Positions 12,885 through 25,049 of a stretch of 64,000 nt of DNA are shown here, in pieces. Source of the stretch: Macrostomum lignano (lineage: Eukaryota); assembly GCA_002269645.1 (NCBI GenBank), contig NIVC01000428.1, positions 62,001 through 126,000 on the forward strand. Direction: 5' to 3'. Each line of letters begins with the position of its first letter. The first letter of the stretch is position 1. The notes under the pieces were generated by a model. It was given only the letters and a program-made list of their open reading frames with translations, was not told the DNA's origin and searched no databases. The translations under genes and the position numbers were made by a program.

Positions 12885-13945
12885 TGAGTCTGTATTTACC
12901 TGTACTGACTTTGAATACAGACTGATATGAGCCTGTTTTTACCTGTACTGACTTTGAATACAGACTGATATCAGTCTGTTTTTACCTGTACTGACTTTGA
13001 ATACAGACTGATATGAGCCTGTTTTTACCTGTACTGTATTTGAATACAGACTGATATGAGTCTGTATTTACCTGTACTGTATTTGAATACAGACTGATAT
13101 GAGTCTGTATTTACCTGTACTGTATTTGAATACAGACTGATCTGAGTCTGTTTTTACCTGTACTGTATTTGAATACAGACTGATATGAGTCTGTTTTTAC
13201 CTGTACTATATTTGAATACAGACTGATATGAGTCTGTTTTTACCTGTACTGTATTTGAATACAGACTGATATGAGTCTGTATTTACCTGTACTGTATTTG
13301 AATACAGACTGATCTGAGTCTGTTTTTACCTGTACTGATTTGAATACAGACTGATATGAGCCTGTTTTTACCTGTACTGTATTTGAATACAGACTGATAT
13401 GAGTCTGTTTTTACCTGTACTGTATTTGAATACAGACTGATATGAGTCTGTTTTTACCTGTACTGTATTTGAATACAGACTGATATGAGTCTGTATTTAC
13501 CTGTACTGTATTTGAATACAGACTGATATGAGCCTGTTTTTACCTGTACTGTATTTGAATACAGACTGATATGAGTCTGTTTTTACCTGTACTGTATTTG
13601 AATACAGACTGATATGAGTCTGTTTTTACCTGTACTGACTTTGAATACAGACTGATCTGAGTCTGTATTTACCTGTACTGTATTTGAATACAGACTGATA
13701 TGAGTCTGTATTTACCTGTACTGAATTTGAATACAGACTGATATGAGTCTGTTTTTACCTGTACTGTATTTGAATACAGACTGATCTGAGTCTGTTTTTA
13801 CCTGTACTGTATTTGAATACAGACTGATCTGAGTCTGTTTTTACCTGTACTGAATTTGAATACAGACTGATATGAGTCTGTTTTTACCTGTACTGTATTT
13901 GAATACAGACTGATATGAGTCTGTATTTACCTGTACTGTATTTGG
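12885..13945. repeat. 43-bp minisatellite (ACAGACTGATATGAGTCTGTTTTTACCTGTACTGTATTTGAAT)n with an internal hairpin, intronic
   Basis: About 24 tandem units with no spacers. Confidence 0.95.
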
Positions 13946-14013
13946 AAGTCTGTTTGTCTGTTTGAGACTGCATCGGGCCTGTTTTTGAAGCCTGTTAGTC
14001 CCTGTTTTTGCAG

Positions 14014-16285
14014 CTGCCGCACTCACGCGCCTCTCATTCGCACTTCCGCCAGAAGTCGGCCGTCGCCCACCTCAAGGAGTCGCTGCTGGACACCTGGATG
14101 GCGTCCGGTCTGCGCGCATTCGGCTCGGCGTCCGACGCCCTGCTGCGGGCGGCCGGCGAGCGCCTGTTGAAGTCGGTGGACGCCAAGCAGCTGGCCGAGG
14201 AAGCGACCAACCCGCTGCTGGCCGACCTGACTGCGCTGAAGCTCTACGCCGAGGCCGTCGTCGAGGCGGTCGGCAGCGATCCGAGGCTCGGCGCCATCGT
14301 CCGATTGTTGAAGCGATTCAGCGGCGCCGCCTCCTGGCGAGTCGCTGAGATGTCTGACTGGCTCGCCAGCCGCCTGTCCGAGGGCGGCGTCGGCCTCGTC
14401 GATCTGCGCCTGGCCGAGAGGGTCCAGCTGGCCGCCGACGCCGCGGTCGAGTTCGTCGACAGCCTGCCGCTGCTCGCCGCCTGGCGTGCCGGCCTGGACG
14501 CCGGCAAATCCGCGGCCGGCCTAGCCAGCGACTGGCTGTCCAGCTGCCTGGAGGTCTCGGACAGTTTCCTTCGCCGGATGCTGAGCTCCGGCGCCGCAGT
14601 GTCCGGCCGAGACGGCGCGACCGCCTCGGTGCTGCGCCTGCTGTCCGAGCGGGCGAGCCAGCTGCTGTCGTTGGGTTCCGCCAAGGCGGAGATGGCGAAG
14701 GCGCTGCTGCAGATCGAGCTGGCCCTGCAGGCAGCGGTCAGCGACTCACTCGGGCTGCTGGCCGATGACCTGCTGCCATTCGCCATTGGCCACCTGGGCG
14801 ACTTGGTCCGCCTGAAGGAGTGGCTGGACGACGCGCTGTACGAGCTTCGGTTGTGGATCGACTTCGGCGCCGGGTCGGGCGCGGCCCAGCGGCAGGAGCG
14901 GCTCCTCAGCTGGCCGCTGTGGCTGGCGCGGCAGCTGGCTGGGCCGGGGTCGCTGGGCTACTGGCGCAACCTCGAAGACAGCTGGCGGCTGCTCACCAAC
15001 GGCGAGTTCGCCGCCGCAGTCCGCCGCCTGCTGATGACTGACGCCTACGGGCTGCGCGTATGGCGGCCTGTCTGCGACGCCAAATGCCGAGAAAGCGGAG
15101 ACGCCGCCTTCGCCGCGGTGGTTGGCGACGTGTACCCGCCGGTGTACCTGGACAGCCTGAGCCCGCGGGTTTGGCGCCGCCGCCTGGCCCGAGTTCGATC
15201 GATTCGAGCAACGGCGCGTCGATTCCGAGACCGACTGTTCGCCACCTCGTCCGACGGCTACGTGCTGCTGTCGACGTTCAACGACTGGCGCCAGATGGAT
15301 GCCGGCCTGTGGGACCCGTTGGTGCGCCAGCTGGCGATGCGGCACCGGACGGCGGTGCTGGCAGGCGGCCGCAGCCTCATCACCTTCGACGGGATCAGCC
15401 TGGTGAACCCGTTGCCATGCAGCTACGTCCTGGCGCACGATTTCCGGCTGAATGAGTTCACCGTGGCCCAGAGCTACCGCGAAGTGAACGGGACGGCGGT
15501 GCGGCACGACCTGCTGGTGAGGTTCGGCAGCGTGCAGTACTCAATCAGCCCCAGCGGCGTTCTCAAAATCAACGGCCGCATCGAGAAGCTGCCGATGAGT
15601 CGCTACGTCGGCGGCCGGCTGGTGCAGGCGGAGCGCAAGAAGAGCCGCCTGCTCGTCCGCTTCCACGGCGAGACGCTGCGCAACACCCTGCTGCTGCGGT
15701 GCAACTCCATCACCGACTCCTGCTTGCTGCGGGTGCACCCTCTCTACCAGGCCCGCGTCAACGGCATGGCCGGCAGCAACGACGGCCACAGGGCCAACGA
15801 CCTTCAAGGCGGTAGCCGGGACTCGCACATCCGCTACTGGACCTCCGGCAGGTGCCTCGCCACCGAGACCGGCGGACCCGACGCCACCCTCTCGCCGGCG
15901 GTGGAGTCGCCGGAAGCCGAGGCCAACTGCCGGCTGTGGTTCTCTCGGGGCAACTTCTCGTTCGACAAGTGCTTCATCACAGTCAACCCTCGGCCCTACC
16001 TGGACCTGTGCCGCGCCTTCGCCCGTCTCGGCAAGGACATCTGCGAGGTGGCCGTGCAGTACACCGACCGCTGCCGGAACGAGCTGGTGAACATCAACAC
16101 GCCCTACAGCTGCGTCCGGTGCAGGGTCGACGAGGAGACGACCATCGTCAAGGACGACCTGATCAGCGAGCCGCGGGTGCTGCGCAAGCGCCTGCAGGCC
16201 GTCTTCCTGCTGGAGAACTCGGACTGCGTGGCCAGCGCCATCGGCCTGAGGGGCTCCTACATCAGCTACCTGGCCAAGCTCATCG
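14014..16285 (+). CDS. Apolipophorin-like protein, exon with helical region, VWD domain (about 15345-15800) and C8-like Cys domain (about 15925-16090)
   Basis: Acceptor ttttgcag|CTG, donor ATC G|gtgagc. VWD signature AVLAGGRSLITFDG...PCSYVLAHDF...CNSITDSC...GMAGSNDG, followed by CRLWF...C..VNPRPYLDLC...C.....YTDRC. Confidence 0.88.
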
Positions 16286-16334
16286 GTGAGCCGGGGGTTC
16301 GCGGCCGGGGATTCCAGCGGCTTCCGAACTCCCG

Positions 16335-16583
16335 GACACTCTCTCTCTCACCTCTCATACCCTCTCACACACCCTCTCACACAACCTCTCACACACCCTC
16401 TCACACACCCTCTCACACACCCTCTCACACACTCTCTCACACACCCTCTCACACACCCTCTTCACACCCTCTTCACATCCTTTCTCGTGCTTTCTCTTGC
16501 ATTCTCTCATTGTCTTCCACCCTCTCAATACCACCTTTTCTTAAATTTTCCTTCTTATACCCTCTCTCACACCCACTCTCATA

Positions 16584-16655
<72 letters not shown>

Positions 16656-16680
16656 CTCTCTCTCTATCTTATCGCTAGGG
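16335..16680. repeat. 12-bp (CACACCCTCTCA)n array plus (CT)n microsatellite, intronic
   Basis: Direct tandem units. Confidence 0.9.
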
Positions 16681-17139
16681 GAGAGAGAGAGAGATATTTT
16701 TCTGCAAAGCCGCAAAAATGAAAAAAGCCGAATGTGCTCAGGAACCCCTTGGCTACATGAAGATTGCGATTGCTTAAATTGCAAAACTGATTGCTAAAAT
16801 TAGACTTGAATTAGACTCAAATCGCAGAGTCAGTGCAAAGGCACTCAAGTTAGGTTGGCTTTTGTTTTCTAAGAAATATTGCTGTCGCTCCAATCCCAAA
16901 TATTAGTAGTGCCAATTTTCTAATAGGCATAGAAACACAGACAAGCGAATCCTGACTTTGTCTCAAAGCAGAAACTGTAAAAATAGAAAATATTTAGAAC
17001 GGCTTTGAAAAACAAAAAATGAACTTCAATTGTGTTTTTACCAGCAAGTTGAATCACTTTACTAAATAGGAGCTTTGTAACTGGATTTTCTTTAAAGCAG
17101 AAATTAAATTGCTGGACACAACAGCAACACAACAGGACA

Positions 17140-17410
17140 CCCACCCACCTCTCACCTGCTATCCTATCCACCCACCTCATTTTCTACTCTCACCTGTTAC
17201 CCACCCACCTCATTTTCTACTCTCACCTGTTACCCACTCACCTCATTTCCTACTCTCACCTGTTACCCACCCACCTCATTTCCTACTCTCACCTGTTACC
17301 CACCCACCTCATTTTCTACTCTCACCTGTTACCCACCCACCTCATTTTCTACTCTCACCTGTTACCCACCCACCTCATTTTCTACTCTCACCTGTTACCT
17401 GTTCACCTAC
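17140..17410. repeat. 33-bp minisatellite, intronic
   Basis: Unit CACCCACCTCATTTTCTACTCTCACCTGTTACC. Confidence 0.9.
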
Positions 17411-17442
17411 TCTCAACTGAACCCAACTACCAAACCTCCCAG

Positions 17443-17719
17443 AACGGCTGAACATGTCCTATCCTGACCTGAAGTCCGTGGAGTTCGGCCTAGCTCATTT
17501 CGGCGGCCAAGGCGAGCCGGTGCTGACGGCGCATCCAATTCACGACACCAGCCGTCGGTTTGGCAACCTCGCCGACCTCAACGCCGGCCTAGTGAAAGTC
17601 CGACTGAACGGCACCTCAGTGCACCAGTTCGACGTACTCAAAGCGCTAGCGGCGCTGCAGACTCAGTACGCATGGGAGCCTCTGGCGCAGAAGCATATCT
17701 TCCTCTTCTCGTGTCAGAC
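17443..17719 (+). CDS. Apolipophorin-like protein, C-terminal region exon (phase 1/2)
   Basis: Acceptor ctcccag|AA, donor CAG AC|gtgagt; splicing to 18435 gives FSCQT-CTAR (CxxC). Confidence 0.78.
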
Positions 17720-17759
17720 GTGAGTGACATCGCCTACTTAAAACTCCCATAAAAAACCA

Positions 17760-18330
17760 CCTCAGTTTCTACCCCACATAGACAGCCACCCCATTCCCTA
17801 TCCCCCTAGATAGTCACCCCCAATTCCTACCCCCTCCCCATATACAGCCACCCCAATTCCTACCCCCATAGACAGCCACCCCAATTCCTACCCCGATAGA
17901 CAGCCACCTCAATTCCTTCCCCATAGACAGCCAACCCGATTCCTTCACCAAAGACAGCCACCCTGCCTACCCCATAGACAGCCACCCCAATTCCTACCCC
18001 CATAGTCAGCCACCCCAATTCCTACCCCATAGACAGCCACCCCAATTCCTACCGCCATAGTCAGCCACCTCAACTCCTACCCCCATAGTCAGCCACCCCA
18101 ATTCCTACCGCCATAGTCAGCCACCTCAACTCCTACCCCCATAGTCAGCCACCCCGATTCCTTCCCAATAGACAGCCACCCCGATTCATGCCCCACAGAC
18201 AGCCACCCCAATTCCTTCCCCATAGACAGCCACCCCGATTCCTTCACCATAGACAGCCACCCCAATTCCTACCCCCATAGACAGCCACCCCAATTCCTAC
18301 CCCCATAGACAGTAACTTCAATTCCTACCC
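17760..18330. repeat. Roughly 29-31-bp C-rich minisatellite (CCCCATAGACAGCCACCCCAATTCCTACC)n, intronic
   Basis: Direct tandem units. Confidence 0.9.
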
Positions 18331-18434
18331 TTACAGACAGCCACCCCAACTTCTGCCCATATAAAGAGCAACCCCTATTTCTACCCTCACCCCACCCTAT
18401 TTGAACCCCATACTCGTATTCTCCAACCTCGCAG

Positions 18435-18697
18435 GTGCACTGCCCGATCCTGGGACTACGCCAGAGCATTCGACAAAGCATTCAAAGTAGTTAGCAGCGA
18501 AATCTTCTTGCACGTTATCACCAAGCGAGGCATCCCAAGGCCGACTCGCATCAATGATTGGCTGCAAAATCTGATTGGCTACGACCGGAGGGAGGTTTTC
18601 TACTCGGACAGGCGGGCCGAGCCAATCGGAAGCCTGACGGCGCTGAACCCCAGCGGTGACTGCAGCTCCGAACTGGCGATGGACTCGTATAACAAAG
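18435..18697 (+). CDS. Apolipophorin-like protein, penultimate exon, followed by a putative GC-AG intron
   Basis: Acceptor ctcgcag|G; open frame CTARSWDYARAFDKAF...ELAMDSYNK; donor AAG|GCAAGG. Confidence 0.7.
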
Positions 18698-18854
18698 GCA
18701 AGGGAAAGAGGGGAGAATTGGGCCAGCTGTGTTGAGAAATGGCGAGAGGGAGGAGAGAAGCAAGAAGAGAAAGGAGAGAAAGAGAGGTGATTGAGTCATA
18801 CAGGGGATTGGGGAAGGTTTTATTGAGTGGATGATAAGAGTCATATAGAGGATT

Positions 18855-19805
18855 GATGGTGGGTGGCAGAGGGTCAGGAGATGGCAGAGGGTCAGGGTGG
18901 CAGAAGGTGGCAGAGGGTCAGGGTGGCAGAGAGTGGCAGAGGTGGCAGAGGGTCAGGGTGGCAGAGAGTGGCAGAGGGTCAGGGTGGCAGAGGGTCAGGG
19001 TAGCAGAGGGTGGCAGAGGGTCAGGGTGGCAGAGAGTGGCAGAGGGTCAGGGTGGCAGAGGGTCAGGGTGGCAGAAGGTGGCAGAGGGTCAGGGTGGCAG
19101 AGAGTGGCAGAAGGTGGCAGAGGATCAGGGTGGCAGAGGGTCAGGGTGGCAGAGGGTCAGGGTGGCAGAGGGTCAGGGGTGGCAGAGGGTCAGGGCGGCA
19201 GAGGGTCAGGGTGGCAGAGGGTGGCAGAGGGTGGCAGAGAGTGGCAGAGGGTGGCATAGAGTGGCAGAGGGTGGCAGAGGGTGGCAGAGGGTCAGGGGTG
19301 GCAGAGGGTGGCAGAGGGTGGCAGAAGGTGGCAGAGGGTGGCAGAAGGTGGCAGAGGGTCAGGGTGGCAGAGGGTCAGGGGTGGCAGAGGGTGGCAGAGG
19401 GTGGCAGAGAGTGGCAGAGGGTCAGGGGTGGCAGAGGGTCAGGGTGGCAGAGGGTGGCAGAGGGTGGCAGAGGGTCAGGGGTGGCAGAGGGTGGCAGAGG
19501 GTGGCAGAGGGTGGCAGAGGGTGGCAGAGGGTCAGGGGTGGTAGAGGGTGGCAGAGGGTGGCAGAGGGTGGCAGAGGGTCAGGGGTGGTAGAGGGTGGCA
19601 GAGGGTCAGGGGTGGCAGAGGGTGGCAGAGGGTCAGGGGTGGTAGAGGGTGGCAGAGGGTGGCAGAGGGTGGCAGAGGGTGGCAGAAGGTGGCAGAGGGT
19701 GGCAGAGGGTGGCAGAGGGTGGCAGAGGGTGGCAGAGGGTGGCAGAGGGTGGCAGAAGGTGGCAGAAGGTGGCAGAGGGTGGCAGAGGGTGGCAAAGGGC
19801 GGCAG
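18855..19805. repeat. 10-bp-based (GGTGGCAGAG)n / GGGTCAGGGTGGCAGA composite minisatellite, intronic
   Basis: Direct tandem units; source of the WQRVAEGGRG ORFs. Confidence 0.95.
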
Positions 19806-19857
19806 AGCCGCAGAGGAAATGACAGCAGCTGCTCCTCCCGCACCTGCCCACCCGCAG

Positions 19858-20042
19858 CCAGCGGCACGGTGTGGCACCTTGACAGATTCGCAGCGAGCCG
19901 GTCCCACAGCGTGAAAATCAGTCGGCGAATTTTCGCATGGCTGCAGACCCGATTGGAGCGGCCGCTCTGCCAGCGGTGCAGCTGCGCCCTCTCCGACAGC
20001 CTCGTTGGCCAGCCGCGGTGCCAAGCGGACAACTGCCAGTGA
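19858..20042 (+). CDS. Apolipophorin-like protein, terminal exon
   Basis: Acceptor cccgcag|CC; ASGTVWHLDRF...LCQRCSC...GQPRCQADNCQ* matches the Cys-rich tail of apolipophorins. Confidence 0.75.
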
Positions 20043-20334
20043 GGCAACGGGTACGGTACACCCAGCACACTCCACAGGCTGCTCGTTTGTCGCACATCTT
20101 GTATCGAATATCGTTTCGTTTCAGTTTTTGCATCCGGATTGACGATTCATTCGCTTCATAACAGAGCTGATTTGGTTGTCATTTTTGCGCGAGTGATTCT
20201 CGGAAAATTGGGTTCTTGGCCGCTGACATTGATAGGATCTGTTGGTCTCTTAAATTCAAAAATACACCCCATTATGTAAATTCGGAGATCAGTGAGTTTC
20301 GATTAAGAATCAATTCATATTCACCAAAATATGT

Positions 20335-20880
20335 GCCAATTCATTCACCGATTTGTGTCAGTTCATTCACCAACCTGTGTTTATTCATTCACTAATTTGT
20401 GTCAGTTCATTCACCGATTTGTGTCAGTTCATTCACCGATTTGTGTCAGTTTATTCACTAATTTGTGTCAGTTCATTCACTAATTTGTGTCAGTTCATTC
20501 ACCGATTTGTGTCAGTTCATTCACTAATTTGTGTCAGTTCATTCACCGATTTGTGTCAGTTTATTCACTAATTTGTGGCAGTTCATTCACCGATTTGTGT
20601 CAGTTTATTCACTAATTTGTGTCAGTTCATTCACCGATTTGTGTCAGTTAATTCACCGATTTGTGTCAGTTCATTCACTAATTTGTGTCAGTTCATTCAC
20701 CGATTTGTGTCGGTTCATTCACCAACCTGTGTCAATTCATTCACCGATTTGTGTTAATTCATTCACCAAAATGTGTCAGTTCATTCACCAAAATGTCAGT
20801 TTATTCACCAACCTGTGTCAATTCATATTCACCAACCGGAGTCACTCCATATTCACCAACCTGAGTCACTCCATATTCAC
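20335..20880. repeat. 22-bp minisatellite (TGTGTCAGTTCATTCACCGATT)n grading into a 24-bp unit
   Basis: Direct tandem units between the convergent 3' ends of two genes. Confidence 0.9.
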
Positions 20881-21131
20881 ATGAGTCCATAATTCAGAAA
20901 GCCTACAGAGGATAACAGATTATTTATGTATTTTCCCCAATGCACCGCGGCAAGTGGGACTTCAATGGTAGCATATATTTATTAATAAGTAGAGACAGCT
21001 AAACAATTAGCTGTTGCCATTGGAGTAACTCCGCATCGCTTGGTACAAGCTGTCTGTCCATTATTTTTACAAGCTCAAAAGGACTTTAAAATGATGACAA
21101 AAATGGCGCCAAGAATGGCCGGCCGGTGCCG

Positions 21132-21443
21132 TCAGCCGAACCGGGGCCGGTTCACAGCCCACAGGTGGTGATAGTGGCTGCTCAGGAACGCCTTGGCGTC
21201 CCTCTCCGACCTGAACAGCAGCACCTTGTCTCGCACCTGCACCAGCCAGCCGCCGCGCTTGCCGACAGCTCTGACGCTGACTTCATGGGTGACGTCACGG
21301 GCTGGCGCCTCCGAGAGCGCCGAAAACTGCAGAGGCGCCGCTTTAGCGCCGCCGGTCACCAGCAGCAGCAGCGGCAGCAGCAACAGCGGCAGCAACGGCT
21401 TCTTCGAGTCGCAGACGGCGGTAGGGGCGGCTCTGTTGGACAT
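21132..21443 (-). CDS. NPY/NPF-family RFamide neuropeptide precursor (103 aa, single exon)
   Basis: Hydrophobic signal peptide (PLLPLLLLPLLLLVTGGAKA), KR dibasic site, then a 39-residue peptide ending ...AFLSSHYHHLWAVNRPRF followed by Gly-stop (amidation signal). Confidence 0.8.
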   Translation of the reverse strand: MSNRAAPTAVCDSKKPLLPLLLLPLLLLVTGGAKAAPLQFSALSEAPARDVTHEVSVRAVGKRGGWLVQVRDKVLLFRSERDAKAFLSSHYHHLWAVNRPRFG

Positions 21444-21544
21444 CCCGCAGCAGCAATGGCAGTTCTTGAATGATTTACCTGGACTGTTCTCGTTAGGACT
21501 CTGAAATTTCCTCCTTGGGACGGGGCACAGCAGCTCGACTCCTG

Positions 21545-21690
21545 TGGAGACTTTTATGAGCTGGGCTTGGGGGGTGGGGCGGCAGTGCGTGGGCGGGGGC
21601 TGCTCTTGCATTTGTCTAAGAGCTATGGGCAGCGACTCAATCTGATTGGCTGCGGAGCAGGCCACCATGTGGCTGCATTGGCTCTGTTAA
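21545..21690 (-). promoter_or_regulatory. Putative core promoter of the NPF-like gene: TATA-like CATAAAA, GC box, two CCAAT boxes
   Basis: On the minus strand: AGCCAATGC (~21675), AGCCAATCAG (~21645), CCGCCCCACCCC, and CTCATAAAAG about 110 bp upstream of the ATG; conserved in the duplicate. Confidence 0.5.
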
Positions 21691-22464
21691 AATGTAATGC
21701 ATGGATTTAATTACTGAAATGTGACCTACACAAATTGCATCTCAAAAAATTTGAATAGCTTTTAAAAACATTCGATCTCAGACTGGCTGCTCACTGGCCG
21801 GTTGAGCACGCATCAAATGGCAGCTATTCTTATAGAGAAACAGGCTCACTTGCTAGCACTTTCAACAATCAATCAACTCTTACTAGTAGATTCTTTAGTA
21901 CAAAGGAACTCATCTTCGAAAGAAGAAATGAGCACAAATGAAATAATAACTCTTGTTAGGTTTCTTGGGAGTGATTTTGTTAGTTATTCATTCGGCCTTC
22001 AAAAGACTTACGATTGAGCGCCGCACAGACAGGTACTTACCATAATAGGCCAGAGGGCTCAATCCACTTATTTTTTAAACTTTGCAGAATAACGCAGACA
22101 ACTTAAAACGCACTGAAATACTTCGGATCCAAGGAATCTTTTCTCACAGTTTATTCTACTATAGAAGCTCATAGGTAATGCGACATCATTGCAGCATCAT
22201 TAACAAGGAAACTATAGTAGAGAGCGACAGCTGCGACTCGCTTCGGCCAGAAATAGGCGGCGTTTCTCCCTCTTCTGATAAAGAAGAGCAGAGACTGCTG
22301 AAAAGTTCTGTTTGATACTCGGAGACTCAAGCAGCAGCCTCCTCTCCGAGCCCGATGAAGCCTGAAAAAGTTGCCGCACTTTGGCACTGACTGCGGGTCT
22401 TCCACCTAACGCATTTCAGTGTAATTTCTCTCGCTTTCAAGCCTTGGGCGGCAGAGGTTAATAA

Positions 22465-22778
22465 AACTGACCGACTGACTGTCTGACTGACTGACTGACT
22501 GACGGACTGACCGAATGACTGACTGACCGAATGACTGACTGACTGACCGAATGACTGACTGACTGACTGACTGACTGACTGACTGACTGACTGACTGACT
22601 GACTGACTGACTGACTGACTGACTGACTGACTGACTGACTGACTGACTGACTGACTGACTGACTTGAGTGAGTGACTGACTGACTGACTTGAGTGAGTGA
22701 GTGACTGACTGACTGACTGACTGACTGACTGACCGACCGACTGACTGACTGACTGACTGACTGACTGACTGACTGACT

Positions 22779-22817
<39 letters not shown>

Positions 22818-22864
22818 CGAATGACTGTCTGACTGACTTACTGACTGACTGACCGAATGACTGT

Positions 22865-22933
<69 letters not shown>

Positions 22934-22944
22934 CGAATGACTGT

Positions 22945-23013
<69 letters not shown>

Positions 23014-23059
23014 TGACTTACTTACTGACCGACTGACTGTCTGACTGACTTACTGACTT

Positions 23060-23153
<94 letters not shown>

Positions 23154-23164
23154 CGAATGACTGT

Positions 23165-23233
<69 letters not shown>

Positions 23234-23279
23234 TGACTTACTTACTGACCGACTGACTGTCTGACTGACTTACTGACTT

Positions 23280-23321
<42 letters not shown>

Positions 23322-23405
23322 TGACTGACTGACTTACTTACTGACTGACTGACTGACTGACTGACCGACTGACTGTCTGACTGATTGACCTTCTTGTTTG
23401 TTTGT

Positions 23406-23495
<90 letters not shown>

Positions 23496-23496
23496 T

Positions 23497-23538
<42 letters not shown>

Positions 23539-23563
23539 TGACTGACTGACTGACTGACTGACT

Positions 23564-23602
<39 letters not shown>

Positions 23603-23760
23603 CGAATGACTGACTGACTGACCGAATGACTGACTGACGACTGACCGACTGGACTGTCTGACAGAATGACTAACTGATTGACCTTCTGATTGGTTGTCTG
23701 ACTGACTGTCTAACCGAATGACTGACTGATTGACCTTGTGATTGGTTGCCTGGCAGGCTG
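22465..23760. repeat. (GACT)n tetranucleotide microsatellite
   Basis: About 1.3 kb of GACT with variants. Confidence 0.97.
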
Positions 23761-24244
23761 ACAAAGTGCACTCTCCCAGAATATCCCAAGTAGCTCATAC
23801 ATTTATATCATAAAACATCATTCCCTCGTCACTAGAATCCAAAATCTGATATTTAAATTTTGAAAGCTGACAGAACGCATCCTGGCGGGCGCAGGTGTCA
23901 GCCAGAGACAGCGGAACGGACGGGGCAAGTGGCACCTAATTAATCGTGGAGACAGGGGGAGCTGAAGAGCGCTATTCTTATCTCTAATCTTATCTGGCAC
24001 GTGCCGCCTCGGAAAAGGGGAGCATCTAAAGGTGGACGCCCAACTACAATATACTGGGACTGCTCAAATTGTTTGTTGAGCTAAATTCGTATTTTAGCCA
24101 CATGGCAGATAAAAAGTTAATAAACTTCCACTGGCTAGACATGAGTTTAGTGCAGAAATATTTTGTGCCACAATTCGGGATAAAAATGTGGAGATTCATT
24201 GCTCACCTTTTTAGTTCATTACAGGATCTTTCAAGGGTTGATTA

Positions 24245-24530
24245 GGGATCTCTGAGGCAGCTCACTTTTAGGGATCTCTGGGGCAGCTCACCTTTAGGGA
24301 TCTCTGGGGCAGCTCACCTTTAGGGATCTCTGGGGCAGCTTACTTTTAGGGATCTCTGGGGCGGCTCACTTTTAGGGATCTCTGGGGCGGCTCACTTTTA
24401 GGGATCTCTGGGGCGGCTCACTTTTAGGGATCTCTGGGGCAGCTCACCTTTAGGGATCTCTGGGGCAGCTCACTTTTAGGGATCTCTGAGGCAGCTCACT
24501 TTTAGGGATCTCTGAGGCAGCGCGTTTTTT
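24245..24530. repeat. Roughly 28-bp minisatellite (TTTAGGGATCTCTGGGGCAGCTCACC/T)n
   Basis: Direct tandem units; longer array in the right arm (48825-49580). Confidence 0.92.
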
Positions 24531-25049
24531 GGGAGTTCTGAGGCGAGTCCATGGATGGAGCAGAGCTCATTTAAAGAATCTCTGAACTCAGAGGAAGTCA
24601 ACTTTGCATCTCTAAATGAAATTTGAAACCATGTTGAGAATGAGGTGCGACTCAAGTTTTAAATCCTCAGTTGAACTTAGCAGACTTAAGGCCATGTTTA
24701 GACACGAGACGTATAAAAAAAGGCTGGACCAAAGCCAATAAATAATTAATATGACGAAGCTTATTAACAGGATGTTAATGCAAGCCTGACTGCTGTATTA
24801 ATAGAGTTTATTACGAAAATGCATCTTTAGGTTAAATGAATAATTTAGCTTTGATCTAAATTTAGACCAAAGACCAACTGGGGTTTTCCAGTTCGAGTGA
24901 AATTCATTTGACGCCTAATTAAGGCTGGGGAGCGAACTTATGCAGGTTAAGCCGTTCGGGAAGTTATGGGCTTGACGAACCATCGGCAGAATTCTCTAAA
25001 AGTGCTGCTGATTTTGGCGTCCTTTATGCGCTCCTGCCGTCCCGACTAC

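Noticed and set aside
12885-13945. CRISPR-like array (palindromic 43-bp unit; also the 40-bp array at 29325-30285)
   Set aside because: Units are head-to-tail with no unique spacers, there are no cas genes, and the context is eukaryotic
17721-17723. TGA as the lipoprotein stop codon
   Set aside because: It overlaps a perfect gtgagt donor, and two downstream exons continue the frame to a family-typical Cys-rich end
18853-19914. Gly/Arg/Trp-rich ORFs (also 54269-55360) resembling structural proteins
   Set aside because: Open in several frames on both strands of a 10-bp repeat inside an intron
21444-21668. 75-aa N-terminal extension of the NPF ORF predicted by the ORF track
   Set aside because: Overlaps TATA-like and CCAAT elements; the signal peptide follows the ATG at 21443
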